A stretch of DNA of 64,000 nucleotides from Spirochaetia bacterium (GCA_965263295.1 OZ253665.1:1376001-1440000), one strand, 5' to 3'; positions 31,178 to 40,953 are shown, numbered from the stretch's first letter. Made by a program: numbers and translations. The notes: a model not told the origin generated them from the sequence alone.

Positions 31178-33154
31178 TTAAGGACCCAGGACTTCTTTCG
31201 TTTCAACACGATCCGTAGACTTTTCAGCATAGAAGCGATTATAGCATGCAACGACAGCCAGAAAACTGGCCATAGTGGTATCGGTATCGCGACCCACCCC
31301 CCAGAACAAGCGGCGCTCAGCACTGCCAAAATCTTCCAAAGCGACAAATGTGCAAGCCTCGCTATCCGCTCCCGACTGCACGGCCTGTTCACTGTAAGAA
31401 GCAAGCTCTAACTTTGCCGCGTACGGCAATTCCTTTTTGAGACAATGAATCAAGGCAGCTATCGGGCCGTTACCCTGACCGCCGAGCTGCCGCTGCTGCG
31501 CCACACTTGAGCCGGCCAGCTCTGCACTCATGCCAAAACGAAACTGGCAATCCGTATTTTGACTGCTGACACCCTGCAATTCCTGGCTGTTATGGCTGCT
31601 CTGATAACTAATGATCTGCAGCGGTTCAGCAATATTTACATAAAAATTCTGGAAATACTGGTAAACTTCTGCTTTCTTCAGTTCACGACCTAATGCATCC
31701 ATGACTTGAGTAAAATCACACCCCAAGTCAGGCCCCATGGCCTTGGGCACCTGAATACCGAACTCGGCTTGCAAAATATAAGCCAGGCCACCCTTGCCGC
31801 TCTGGCTATTGACGCGAATAATTTCTTCGTAGGAGCGCCCCAGATCTTTGGGGTCAATGGGCAAGTATGGGACATCCCAGGGTAGCTCGGCCTCCAGCAC
31901 AGGGCGCAGAGAAACGTCATTTTTCTGATCCCAATGCCTTTGGCACAGCTCTTGGACTTCCAGGCTGCGCGGATCAGCTCCCTGAAGATGCGAACCCGGC
32001 CAAAGCTCATTGCAGAGTTGGCGTACATGCCCATTCAGGTCGGGCAGGTCGGGAGCCTCACCATTAATCTGCTGTTCTAGTCGGCGGTACTCGTCCAACA
32101 CTAGAATTTTCTGAATTAAGTTATTACGCTTGTCCAGCCCCTTCTTAATGGCATCTTGATGACTGCCGGAAAACGCTGTGAATACCAGGTTGCCGCTGTA
32201 TGAATGGCGCGGTGGCACCGAAAGGCCGGTGAACTGTTCGTAGGCATTGACCACATTCTGCATATCTGAAAAATCTAGTCCCGAAGCGATCCCCTGGACA
32301 TCGCAATTTAGTGCCAGGGTTACAATATCGACATTGCCCGTGCGTTCACCATTGCCAAACAAAGTCCCTTCAATGCGTCTGGCACCGGCCAGCACGCCCA
32401 GCTCAGCTGCGGCGACGCCGCAGCCGCGGTCATTGTGGGTGTGCACACTAATACAAGCCTGTTGGCTATACATGAATTCACGACAAAACAGTTCGACTTG
32501 ATCCGCATAGACATGTGGACCATATAGCTCAACCGTGGCTGGCAGGTTGACGATTAACGGCAGTTGGCTCTGATACCACTCCTCGGCCACGGCATTGCAG
32601 ATATCCGCAGCCACAGCCATTTCAGTGGCAGTAAAACTTTCGGGCGAATACTCCAAGGTAATTTTTGTACCCTTTAGGTTGGAAAGCCCATCCAGCAGAA
32701 TCTTGACCCCGTCGACAGCAATCTGGCGAATTTCCTTGACGCTCTTGCCAAATGTAATCCTGCGCTGTTGCTCGGAAGTTGAATTGTATAAATGCAAAAT
32801 AGCTTGAGGAACGCCATTTAGAGACTCTATTGTCTTGTCGATCAAGCGCTTGCGTGCCTGAGTCAGCACTTGGACCTGACACCCTGAGGGAATCTGACGC
32901 CGTTCGACAAGATGACGCAGGAAAGCATATTCAGTATGGGAAGCAGCGGGAAAGCCGACTTCAATTTCACGGAATCCAACGGCATATAATTTGTCAAAAA
33001 AGGCACTCTTTTGCTCGATGCCCATAGGATTCGGCAAGGCCTGGTTGCCGTCGCGCAGGTCGACACTGCACCAACGTGGCGCCTCTTCTAATGTCTTGTC
33101 TGGCCAGCTGCGGTCATGCAAACAAACGGGCCGGTACTTGCGATATTTTGCCAT
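31178..33154 (-). CDS. leuA: 2-isopropylmalate synthase (yeast/actinobacterial type) with a linker insertion
   Basis: WCSVDLRDGNQAL, EIEVGFPAAS, EYSPESF, NLPATVE, H.HNDRG, GNGERTGNVD, AFSGSHQDAIKKG, VPYLPIDP, IRVNSQSGKGG. Confidence 0.96.
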   Translation of the reverse strand: MAKYRKYRPVCLHDRSWPDKTLEEAPRWCSVDLRDGNQALPNPMGIEQKSAFFDKLYAVGFREIEVGFPAASHTEYAFLRHLVERRQIPSGCQVQVLTQARKRLIDKTIESLNGVPQAILHLYNSTSEQQRRITFGKSVKEIRQIAVDGVKILLDGLSNLKGTKITLEYSPESFTATEMAVAADICNAVAEEWYQSQLPLIVNLPATVELYGPHVYADQVELFCREFMYSQQACISVHTHNDRGCGVAAAELGVLAGARRIEGTLFGNGERTGNVDIVTLALNCDVQGIASGLDFSDMQNVVNAYEQFTGLSVPPRHSYSGNLVFTAFSGSHQDAIKKGLDKRNNLIQKILVLDEYRRLEQQINGEAPDLPDLNGHVRQLCNELWPGSHLQGADPRSLEVQELCQRHWDQKNDVSLRPVLEAELPWDVPYLPIDPKDLGRSYEEIIRVNSQSGKGGLAYILQAEFGIQVPKAMGPDLGCDFTQVMDALGRELKKAEVYQYFQNFYVNIAEPLQIISYQSSHNSQELQGVSSQNTDCQFRFGMSAELAGSSVAQQRQLGGQGNGPIAALIHCLKKELPYAAKLELASYSEQAVQSGADSEACTFVALEDFGSAERRLFWGVGRDTDTTMASFLAVVACYNRFYAEKSTDRVETKEVLGP

Positions 33155-33363
33155 AACGACAACAATATAAAAGCCTGCCCCAGAAAAGTAAAGCGGCATA
33201 AACCCCATGCACGACGGATCATTTACAAGCCTTAAATCCACATTGCCTTTTTGTCACGCCAACTACATTCGTAGCGCGAAATCGGTAAAGCAGCAGATTT
33301 CAGGGAGGGATTGACATGCGAACGGCTAAATATTAAACGGCCAGATATTATTTGTGAGATTTC

Positions 33364-33392
33364 TTGACTTGATGGATATCAGATACTATACC
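33364..33392 (+). promoter_or_regulatory. Sigma-70-type promoter upstream of the small ORF and thrE
   Basis: TTGACT-N17-TATACC. Confidence 0.5.
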
Positions 33393-33444
33393 TTAAATGC
33401 AGAAAATGCAGAGATCGCCTGACTCTAATAATGAGGTGCAACAA

Positions 33445-33576
33445 ATGATAGATCTTGCAGGAATTAAAGATGGCCAATGGATTGATTCCCCCAAAAGCTC
33501 GTCTGTTTCCGACAACGCGAGGCGGGTATTCCACTGCGCAAAACTTGAACGGAAACAAAGTACGGAAACAAATTAA
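33445..33576 (+). CDS. 43-aa Ser-rich upstream ORF (not in the ORF track)
   Basis: GAGGTG SD at 33433-33438, ATG at 33445; MIDLAGIKDGQWIDSPKSSSVSDNARRVFHCAKLERKQSTETN*. Confidence 0.4.
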   Translation: MIDLAGIKDGQWIDSPKSSSVSDNARRVFHCAKLERKQSTETN

Positions 33577-33644
33577 TGGGGCACTTTCAAGCGCTTCATT
33601 CGCTTCATTGCCAGCTGAATTGGCGGGGCGCACCATAACTTGCA

Positions 33645-34916
33645 ATGGCCATGGCCACCCGAGCACAGACAGAAGCTGAGCGAGCGGCAATGCTCGCCAA
33701 TTTTCATACGGTGGTGCGCGTCGGCACCCTGATCACGAGTGCAGGGACCGGCGCCTACCGCGTGCGCGAGGTAATGAACCGGGTCGGCGTCGCCCTCGGT
33801 TTTGATCGCATTGACGCCGAAGTGACACTCAATGCCGTAATCGCTACCTGCCACCGCAACGGCCAGATAAATACCCTGGTCGGCAGTGTGCCGGCGATGA
33901 GCGTCAACGCCGGGCGAATCAGCGCAATAGAGCGGCTTTCTCTGGATTCTTGTCGCCTGGGCCGCACCGCAATTGACGCGCGGCTCAACGTCATTGAAGC
34001 AACGCCGCCACGCTATAACCGATGGGTGACGACTCTTGCCGCAATGGCCGCCTGCGCGGCATTTTGTTTTCTCAATAACGGCAGCCAGGTCGAGTGCCTC
34101 AGTGCCGCGCTTGGAGCCGGCGCCGGGCATTTCTTGCGCAGCACTTTGGCGCGCCTCCAGCTCAATCAGTTCGGCGATGCCCTGCTGGCCGGGGTACTTG
34201 CCTGCATCGTCTACCTGGCGATCAGCGGCCTCATGATCCCGTTCGGTCACGACTTGCGCCACGATGCCGGCTATGTTTCGGCCGTCTTGTTTCTGTTTCC
34301 GGGATTTCCCTTGATTACCGCCGCGCTGGATCTCTCGCGGCTGGATTTTACTGCCGGCAACTCGCGGCTCACCTACGCCGTGTTGATGATTACAGTCACT
34401 GCCATCGGCGCGTGGATCGTAGCTTATTTCGCGCACTTTACGCTGGCAACGGCAACGGCGTTGCCGTTGCCGGCTCCCCTGCGCCTGGCGCTGCGCCTGC
34501 TGGCGAGCTTTATCGGCGTATTTGGTTTTGCCTCAATGTTTAACACCAGGGCACAAGTCGCCGCCGGCGCGGCGTCGATTGGCATGCTAGCCAACACGCT
34601 GCGTCTGTATTTGGCCGATGCGACGCTGCCGCTGCAAGCTGCCGCACCCTGTGCGACATTGCTTGTCGGTTTGATGGCCGCGGCGCTGGCACCGCGTTTG
34701 CGTTGTCCGCGAATCACGCTGTCGGTGCCGGCGGTCTTGATCATGATTCCCGGAACCACCGCTTATCGGGCCTTGGTCTATGGCAACGAAGGCATGTCGT
34801 TTGAAGCGTTTCGCAGCGCCAGCCAGGTAATCTTCATCGTGGCGGGCATTGCGATTGGACTTGCCGCAGCCCGCATGCTGACGGACAGGGCGTGGACGTT
34901 CAGGCGGCACGACTGA
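33645..34916 (+). CDS. thrE: Threonine/serine exporter, ThrE family
   Basis: G.....AGTGAYRV...M, AVLFLFPGFPLIT, VPAVLIMIPG..AYR; about 10 TM segments; noticeably GC-rich. Confidence 0.85.
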   Translation: MAMATRAQTEAERAAMLANFHTVVRVGTLITSAGTGAYRVREVMNRVGVALGFDRIDAEVTLNAVIATCHRNGQINTLVGSVPAMSVNAGRISAIERLSLDSCRLGRTAIDARLNVIEATPPRYNRWVTTLAAMAACAAFCFLNNGSQVECLSAALGAGAGHFLRSTLARLQLNQFGDALLAGVLACIVYLAISGLMIPFGHDLRHDAGYVSAVLFLFPGFPLITAALDLSRLDFTAGNSRLTYAVLMITVTAIGAWIVAYFAHFTLATATALPLPAPLRLALRLLASFIGVFGFASMFNTRAQVAAGAASIGMLANTLRLYLADATLPLQAAAPCATLLVGLMAAALAPRLRCPRITLSVPAVLIMIPGTTAYRALVYGNEGMSFEAFRSASQVIFIVAGIAIGLAAARMLTDRAWTFRRHD

Positions 34917-35175
34917 CGGCAGAGCCGGTCTCGCAATCACAGCTGGCACATGGGCGAGCTTGTCGCCGCGCAGTCATTTGATTTTACAATAATCGGCGCT
35001 GCCAGAAATACAAAATTCAAACTGCAAGCGATAAATTTCAAGCGAAAAGAAGAGAAAACTCGGCCAGAGAGCTGGCAAAATTTTTTATCTGCGCTACAGT
35101 ATCCCCAAGTTTTGGCTAAATCTCAGCAGGCTCAGACATGCCCAGCAAAAATTGTCAAGACGCAACTAAATACAT

Positions 35176-38100
35176 ATGATAAATATATTTAAATACAGTA
35201 GAAACCAGAAAGTCTCTTTCGAGCAATCAGTTACATATCATTTTATCGCTCCGCTGTATTTGAACGCAAGCCTAAATTGGCTTCTGATTGCCATTCTGGC
35301 TTTAGTCTCAATATTCGCGCCAAGCTCGCTGGCGGCACCAAGCCCGCTGCAGGCGCAAGAGCCGCCCGGCAATCCCTCTCGACCTGAGACGGGTGTCGTC
35401 TCTGGCAACTTGGCGGCAAGCGAGCGGCGCAGTGCAAGCGCGTTGCTGCAGGAAACTGTTCAGCGCCTACAACAAAGCCAGTACCAAGCCGCCTTGCAAA
35501 GCATCGGCAACTACCAGCTTCTCTATCCGGGGCATTACCGCTCAAGAGAATCCAATTTCTACCGCGCTATCGCCCTCTACCACCTAAACCAGGTACAAGA
35601 GGCCCGTACCGGTTTTAATGCCCTGTTGGCATCTGCGCCGGACGAAGCCCGGCGCTTCGGCGTATTTTACTGGCTCGGACTTTGTTCCTACCGCCTGGGC
35701 GAGGCCGATACGGCCTACGACATTTGGCTGCGCCAGTTGGCTGTGCGCGAAACGGGAGCAGCGGACTATATACAGCAGACTTATTTTGGCCTGGCGCAAT
35801 TGTTGACAGAACGTGGCGACGAGGAGCTGGCGCTGCGCTATTTTCGCCTGCTGCAAGGACGCATTAAGCGGCGTGCGGGCTTTGCTCACGGCTACCTGGC
35901 CTTGAAACACGCCTTGTACCAGGAAGCCTATAATGCCTTTAGCGCATATTTAATTCAGGAAAATATCGAAGGTGGCCCATCCCGCTCCCAGGCCTTGTTC
36001 TATCAAGGCCAAGCGGCATTTTTTGCCGGTCTACTCGACCAAGCCAAACAGAGTCTGGACACAGTACTACGACTTTACGATAACCGCGAACGGCTGTTTC
36101 TCGCCGCCTTGATTATGAGATTGCGCATCGCAGTGGCAAAAGGAGATCGCGAGACGGCCGGACGCTTCTACAGCGAAGCCACAGCCTTGGAGCAACGTTA
36201 TAACCACGGTTTGCAAGACTGGCTAAGCGAAAGCGAACTGCCACTTTTTATTTTACAAGGCTATTATCCACTCGCCAAGAAACACTTGAGGGCCAAGCTA
36301 CAGCAGGCCCGTGGACGCACCGAGCGCGAAATCGCACGCTTCAATCTCGCTCTCGTCGAAGCTTTCCTAGATGTACGCTACGCCGTACGAAAGCTGCAAA
36401 AGCTGGAAAACTCTTTTATTCAGGGCATCGCTGAGCGAGCCTTATTTCATGCAGCCCGGCTGCAAATCTCCTTTCCCCTGACCCGTGCGGAAGGCCTTGC
36501 AGAAATGGAACATTACCTGAAACAGTATCCGCAAGGCCGATATAGACATCAAGCCGTAAAGATCCTGTTGACAGTTTATCGCAGTGACCCCGAACGCTTC
36601 TGGCTAGAGGGTTCCATACTATTGGCAAGCGAAACAGAAAACCCGTTATGGCCTGAAAAAGAACGGGCGCGTTTTCATCTATACTGGGCCGAAATGGCCC
36701 GCCAGCTCGGCAACGACCATGCCGCACTGAGCCATCTGCACCAGAGCTGGAAACTAGCCCCCAAGGAACTCGTCGGGTTGCAGGCTTATTATCGCAGCGG
36801 CGCTCTATACTTTGGCCAGCGGCAATATAGCCGGGCGCTTGGCTACTTTCGCGAAGTGCAACTGCAGCTAAGCGAGCGACAATTCGCTTCCGCGCAGGTA
36901 CGAGCTGAGGCCGCGGAACTAAACTTTTATGCCCAACTAAGTATGGCGCAGGCCTACGCCGGCGCCGGTCAGCCGCGCGAAGCCTTGCGCCAATTTGAAC
37001 AGTTGATTGCCCAAAGCCAGGAAGCGCGACTGGGGCGCAACGTAGAAGAGGTTCAACTGCAACTTGGCCTGGCCTACTTCTACCAAAAAGCCTACAAGCA
37101 AGCGGTGGAAACCTTTGACCTAATCATTGCCAAAGGAGTATTCCCCAGCAACCAGGCCAGTATTCCTTCCGACCAGTACTCCCCTGCCCTGCTGGCCCTA
37201 TACTGGAAAGGTGAAGCATTATTTCGCCAAGGGCTCTTTGCCGCAGCTCGACAGAGTTTTCGCCGGGCAAATGAAATCTATCCCGAAGCCCTAGGCGCCA
37301 ATGCCTACCTGCGGGCAGCACTGGCGGCCAAAGCTGCTGAAGACTATGAAAGCGCCATTCAAGACCTGCAACAAGCTCAATCCTTTGTCGGGGGCAACTT
37401 GCCGCAGTTGCTGAATGTCGATTTTAACTTGATTAAGTTTAACCTGCTGCTGGGACGGGATGCAGAGGCCCTAAAAACGGCTCAGCACATGTTAAAATCG
37501 GTGCCACCGGCATACAATTTCCTCGGTGAAGCCTTTATGGAAGTGGCCGAATTCTATTTCAACCGCGGAGATATACAACGTAGCAAGGCCATACTGGATC
37601 TCTTGGAACAGGAATTTATTCGCAAACTGCCACCGCGGGAGAGTCAAGAGAGGCAGCACTTGGAACTATTTCTCGAAGAGCAAAAACAAGACTTACCCCA
37701 TACCCAAGGCCTCATTGCCCAAGGTCTAATTGTCGATGGCGCCCTGCTGGCCAACCTAAAAGACCGGCTATTTTCCTTTGACACCGAGCAATTCCTGAGG
37801 CGTTACAGCCGCAAGCTGGCCAGCTCCCTGCCGGGCGATGCCCCGGCCGTCGACCAAAACATTCAATTTTATATCGGAGATGATGATAACATTGAACATG
37901 CCGCTTTGAGTAATTCTGTCTTCTCGGCACTTTACCTTCAGGGCATTATCTATGCGCAAGAAAAAGACCACTGGAAGGCCTGCGAATACTTTCTACAGTA
38001 TCTGAGGAAAGATCCCTTCGGCCCGTACGCCATCTCGGCTGTCAGCAGTGTGTTGCGCCTCATCCCCGAACTCAACAGCCGCCACCGGCAGCTGTATAAA

Positions 38101-38610
38101 TCGTTAAAAGGAGCCCACTTGGGGGACGCTCTGGGGTCGATATTATTTGTGCGATATTGGTCCCTGCAAGAAGATAACGCGGCCAAAAAGCGTCAGCTAG
38201 AGAAAATCATCCGCCAGACTTTATCCATTAACGCCCGCAAAGAGGCAATGTATCATTTATCTATATATTATCGCAGACAGGGAAATATCGAGAGAGCGCA
38301 AGAACTTTTGCTGAATCTACGTAATATCAAGGGAGGCAACCTGGCACTCGACCCAGAAAATTACTGGGCTGGGCTGGCCAACCTAGAACTGGGGCGCACG
38401 GCATATCGAAAAAATGATTTTACCAGCGCAAAAACCTTTTTCAAAGCCATAGTCAATCAGGCCCAAGTCGAGCGCGAGACTCTCGCCGAAGCCCTCTACT
38501 GGCTGGCCAGTATTGCGCACTTTGAGGGCAATGCCAAAGAAGAGCAGCGCTACCGTCAGAGCCTGCAAAACCTGGCCCCAGATAGCGAATGGTTACGGAA
38601 GCTCGGCTAG
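35176..38610 (+). CDS. Large exported tetratricopeptide-repeat protein
   Basis: Many TPR-like helical pairs (YWLG..Y..G....A, ALYWKGEA.F, LG.AYF...Y..A...F); hydrophobic signal-like segment near the N-terminus. Confidence 0.85.
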   Translation: MINIFKYSRNQKVSFEQSVTYHFIAPLYLNASLNWLLIAILALVSIFAPSSLAAPSPLQAQEPPGNPSRPETGVVSGNLAASERRSASALLQETVQRLQQSQYQAALQSIGNYQLLYPGHYRSRESNFYRAIALYHLNQVQEARTGFNALLASAPDEARRFGVFYWLGLCSYRLGEADTAYDIWLRQLAVRETGAADYIQQTYFGLAQLLTERGDEELALRYFRLLQGRIKRRAGFAHGYLALKHALYQEAYNAFSAYLIQENIEGGPSRSQALFYQGQAAFFAGLLDQAKQSLDTVLRLYDNRERLFLAALIMRLRIAVAKGDRETAGRFYSEATALEQRYNHGLQDWLSESELPLFILQGYYPLAKKHLRAKLQQARGRTEREIARFNLALVEAFLDVRYAVRKLQKLENSFIQGIAERALFHAARLQISFPLTRAEGLAEMEHYLKQYPQGRYRHQAVKILLTVYRSDPERFWLEGSILLASETENPLWPEKERARFHLYWAEMARQLGNDHAALSHLHQSWKLAPKELVGLQAYYRSGALYFGQRQYSRALGYFREVQLQLSERQFASAQVRAEAAELNFYAQLSMAQAYAGAGQPREALRQFEQLIAQSQEARLGRNVEEVQLQLGLAYFYQKAYKQAVETFDLIIAKGVFPSNQASIPSDQYSPALLALYWKGEALFRQGLFAAARQSFRRANEIYPEALGANAYLRAALAAKAAEDYESAIQDLQQAQSFVGGNLPQLLNVDFNLIKFNLLLGRDAEALKTAQHMLKSVPPAYNFLGEAFMEVAEFYFNRGDIQRSKAILDLLEQEFIRKLPPRESQERQHLELFLEEQKQDLPHTQGLIAQGLIVDGALLANLKDRLFSFDTEQFLRRYSRKLASSLPGDAPAVDQNIQFYIGDDDNIEHAALSNSVFSALYLQGIIYAQEKDHWKACEYFLQYLRKDPFGPYAISAVSSVLRLIPELNSRHRQLYKSLKGAHLGDALGSILFVRYWSLQEDNAAKKRQLEKIIRQTLSINARKEAMYHLSIYYRRQGNIERAQELLLNLRNIKGGNLALDPENYWAGLANLELGRTAYRKNDFTSAKTFFKAIVNQAQVERETLAEALYWLASIAHFEGNAKEEQRYRQSLQNLAPDSEWLRKLG

Positions 38611-38767
38611 GGAGTTCGGGGAGCTCCAGTTCAAATCAAAGGCGATCCGCACAAAAAAATCCAGACGTAGTTTGAAGCCGGCAAATAGAAACCATTCGCC
38701 CTTAACTACAAGCAACCCAAACCTTAAATAGAAAAGATTACAAATTTCTACAAAGATTTTTTTTTCT

Positions 38768-38794
38768 TAAAGAAAATACGACGCTTCCCGAAAA
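38768..38794 (+). promoter_or_regulatory. Sigma-28 (FliA)-type promoter of flaB
   Basis: TAAA-N15-CCCGAAAA versus consensus TAAA-N15-GCCGATAA. Confidence 0.7.
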
Positions 38795-38804
38795 TCTTTT
38801 TATA

Positions 38805-38838
38805 GAGCACGGATGCTCCCAATCAATTCCACGGAGGA
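38805..38838 (+). promoter_or_regulatory. Two CsrA-type sites in the flaB leader
   Basis: Hairpin GAGCA-CGGA-TGCTC (38805-38818) and a second ACGGA overlapping the GGAGGA SD (38831-38838). Confidence 0.75.
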
Positions 38839-38845
38839 TGATACT

Positions 38846-39697
38846 ATGATTATCAACCACAACTTGTCTGCGATGAATGCCAATCGTCGCCACGGCGTCG
38901 CCGATATCTCCACCGGTAAGTCTATAGGCAAACTTTCTTCTGGCTCACGCATCAACCAGGCTAGCGACGATGCGGCTGGCTTGGCTATCTCCGAGAAAAT
39001 GCGCGCTCAGGTCAATGGTTTGAACCAAGCCTCTAGCAATGCTTTGAATGGCATTTCTTTCATTCAGACTGCCGAAGGTTACCTGAGTGAGACTACGTCG
39101 GTATTGCAGCGCTTGCGCCAACTGGCCGTTCAATCCGCCAACGGTATCAACACCGCTGAAGATCGTCAACAAATCCAAGTTGAAGTCTCTCAGCTGGTCG
39201 ACGAAGTTGATCGCATCGCCTCCCAAGGTCAGTTTAACACTCTGAATATGCTGACGGGAGATTTCTCTGATAGCCAGGCTGCCACAAATTCGATGTGGAT
39301 TCACATTGGGGCCAATGCCGATCAGCGTGAGCGCGTCACGATTGCGACCATGACCGCTACATCTCTAGGTATTCGCGATGCCGGCGACCAGAGTGCCATT
39401 TCCCTTGAAACTACCGACTCGTCCAACAACGCCATCGCTGTCTTGGACAACGCCATAATGCGGGTCAGCAAGCAGCGTGCCGACCTGGGTGCCTACCAGA
39501 ATCGCTTTGAAAAGGCTATTGAAGGTCTGGATACTGCAGCTGAAAACTTGCAGGCTGCCGAGTCGCGCATCCGCGACTTGGATATGGCTAGCGAGACCGT
39601 CGAGTTCACTCGCAATCAGATTCTCAGCCAGTCCAGCATGGCTATGCTGGCTCAAGCTAACCAGCGTCCGCAGCAGGTTCTTCAGCTCCTCCGCTAG
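38846..39697 (+). CDS. flaB: Flagellin (periplasmic filament core FlaB)
   Basis: [61 protein letters not shown]; short variable region. Confidence 0.97.
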   Translation: MIINHNLSAMNANRRHGVADISTGKSIGKLSSGSRINQASDDAAGLAISEKMRAQVNGLNQASSNALNGISFIQTAEGYLSETTSVLQRLRQLAVQSANGINTAEDRQQIQVEVSQLVDEVDRIASQGQFNTLNMLTGDFSDSQAATNSMWIHIGANADQRERVTIATMTATSLGIRDAGDQSAISLETTDSSNNAIAVLDNAIMRVSKQRADLGAYQNRFEKAIEGLDTAAENLQAAESRIRDLDMASETVEFTRNQILSQSSMAMLAQANQRPQQVLQLLR

Positions 39698-39778
39698 ACT
39701 TCCGTAGATGACTACTAATAGGTTGATTTTTGTCATAACCTGTCAGTCTTAGAGAGCCCGGCTATTATGAGGCAATAT

Positions 39779-39813
39779 AAAAGAAGCGGCCGAACTTTCG
39801 GTCGCTTCTTTGT
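39779..39813 (+). terminator. Intrinsic terminator after flaB
   Basis: AAAGAAGCGGCCGAA-CT-TTCGGTCGCTTCTTT hairpin. Confidence 0.85.
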
Positions 39814-39869
39814 ATTGTAAACGCAAACCTTCCCACATTTCTAAAATACTTGAACCTTGAGAATGCCAA

Positions 39870-40388
39870 ATGAGTTCAACATATAAACGCGGTCGCATCG
39901 GGGAAGATTTAGCTTTACAATACTTGTGTGCAAAAGGATATGGCCTGCTGCAGCGCAATTTCCGCATCAGAGGTGCGCAAGCCCTCAGCGAGATTGATCT
40001 GGTTTTTTTGGTACCGAAAATGCTCAGACAATCGGCAAGCCTTCAAAGAGAAATTCCCGCAACTTTGCGCGGAGAGCTGTCTGATTTCACTCAAGGTAAT
40101 ATGGCGGGCAAAGGTAAGGATATACGAAAGTCACGCTTAACCAAACTATTTGATTGTTATAACAGGCAATTATTGCTGGTTTTTGTCGAAGTGAAAAATT
40201 GGCAGGCTTACACTTTCTCTGATCTAGACAGCAATTTGACTCAGGATCGGCAGCAACGACTGCTAAAAACGGCAGAATGTTTTTTACAACAAAATGCTTT
40301 GACGGGAGACGTATCTTGGTGCTTCGACCTCATTCTAATAGAAGGTAGAAGTGGAACCGTGCGTCATATTGAAGCGGCTTTCCCCTAA
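39870..40388 (+). CDS. yraN: YraN (UPF0102) family protein with an insertion of about 50 aa
   Basis: G..GEDLA..YL..KGY.LL.RNFR, EIDL, LVFVEVK, FDLI, HIE.AF. Confidence 0.8.
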   Translation: MSSTYKRGRIGEDLALQYLCAKGYGLLQRNFRIRGAQALSEIDLVFLVPKMLRQSASLQREIPATLRGELSDFTQGNMAGKGKDIRKSRLTKLFDCYNRQLLLVFVEVKNWQAYTFSDLDSNLTQDRQQRLLKTAECFLQQNALTGDVSWCFDLILIEGRSGTVRHIEAAFP

Positions 40389-40430
40389 AAATAATTTAAT
40401 TAAAAGAATATATTCATTTCGAGTTTTGCA

Positions 40431-40580
40431 GTGAAAATAGCAAGAAAAACGGATCAGCAACGCATTGAGTACTTGCGCAAAGAAATTCAAAGGCCAGAAT
40501 ACCGACGGCAAGCGATTCAAATTATTGCCTCAAGCCTTACCGAAGCCTTGGTGCGCAATCATAAGAACAATGAGAACTAG
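40431..40580 (+). CDS. 49-aa ORF resembling the FlgM C-terminal (sigma-28-binding) region (not in the ORF track)
   Basis: GTG..TAG; MKIARKTDQQRIEYLRKEIQRPEYRRQAIQIIASSLTEALVRNHKNNEN; amphipathic R-I-E-x-L-R-x-x-I-x-x-x-x-Y...I-A-x-x-L pattern. Confidence 0.55.
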   Translation: MKIARKTDQQRIEYLRKEIQRPEYRRQAIQIIASSLTEALVRNHKNNEN

Positions 40581-40953
40581 ATAATAATAAACTAGTTTTA
40601 TCCCTTTGCGACACAGAGGATTCTTGCACGGCCAACTTGTTTATCCTTCAAGCTGTTTCATCTAAAATTCATTGCACATACATATAAAATCCATCGACTG
40701 GCAATTTGTTTTGTAAGTAGAAAAAAACTATTGCCTTTATTTGGCAGCATTACTAAATTATTTGGCGCATATTCTAGTCTGACATAGGCGATATTGAATT
40801 AAATGGTAATCCTTGGCCTATCGTTTTGGCAAACATATATTGATGAGAGATTTTCTGTTTGATCAATCTTTACAATAAAATTTGTAAAGGCACTTTACTT
40901 TTAATTCTGGCTTTAGACTTTTGCATTTGGCACGATAATTTCGAGGAGTTTCT

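Noticed and set aside
31156..31404. Long N-terminal extensions in the ORF track for fliL, and likewise clpP, lon and leuA
   Set aside because: Downstream ATGs fit the family N-termini or have better RBS; the extensions overlap neighbouring genes or promoters.
31880..32125. LeuA insertion as an intein
   Set aside because: No N-terminal Cys/Ser block or C-terminal His-Asn, and too short.
33573..34436. 287-aa antisense ORF over thrE, and similar long antisense ORFs over hsdR, gpgS and pyc
   Set aside because: Expected shadows of GC-rich coding strands; no recognisable motifs.
40928..40943. TGGCACG as a sigma-54 promoter for the ABC operon
   Set aside because: The -12 element reads TTTC rather than TTGC, and it is too close to the ATG.
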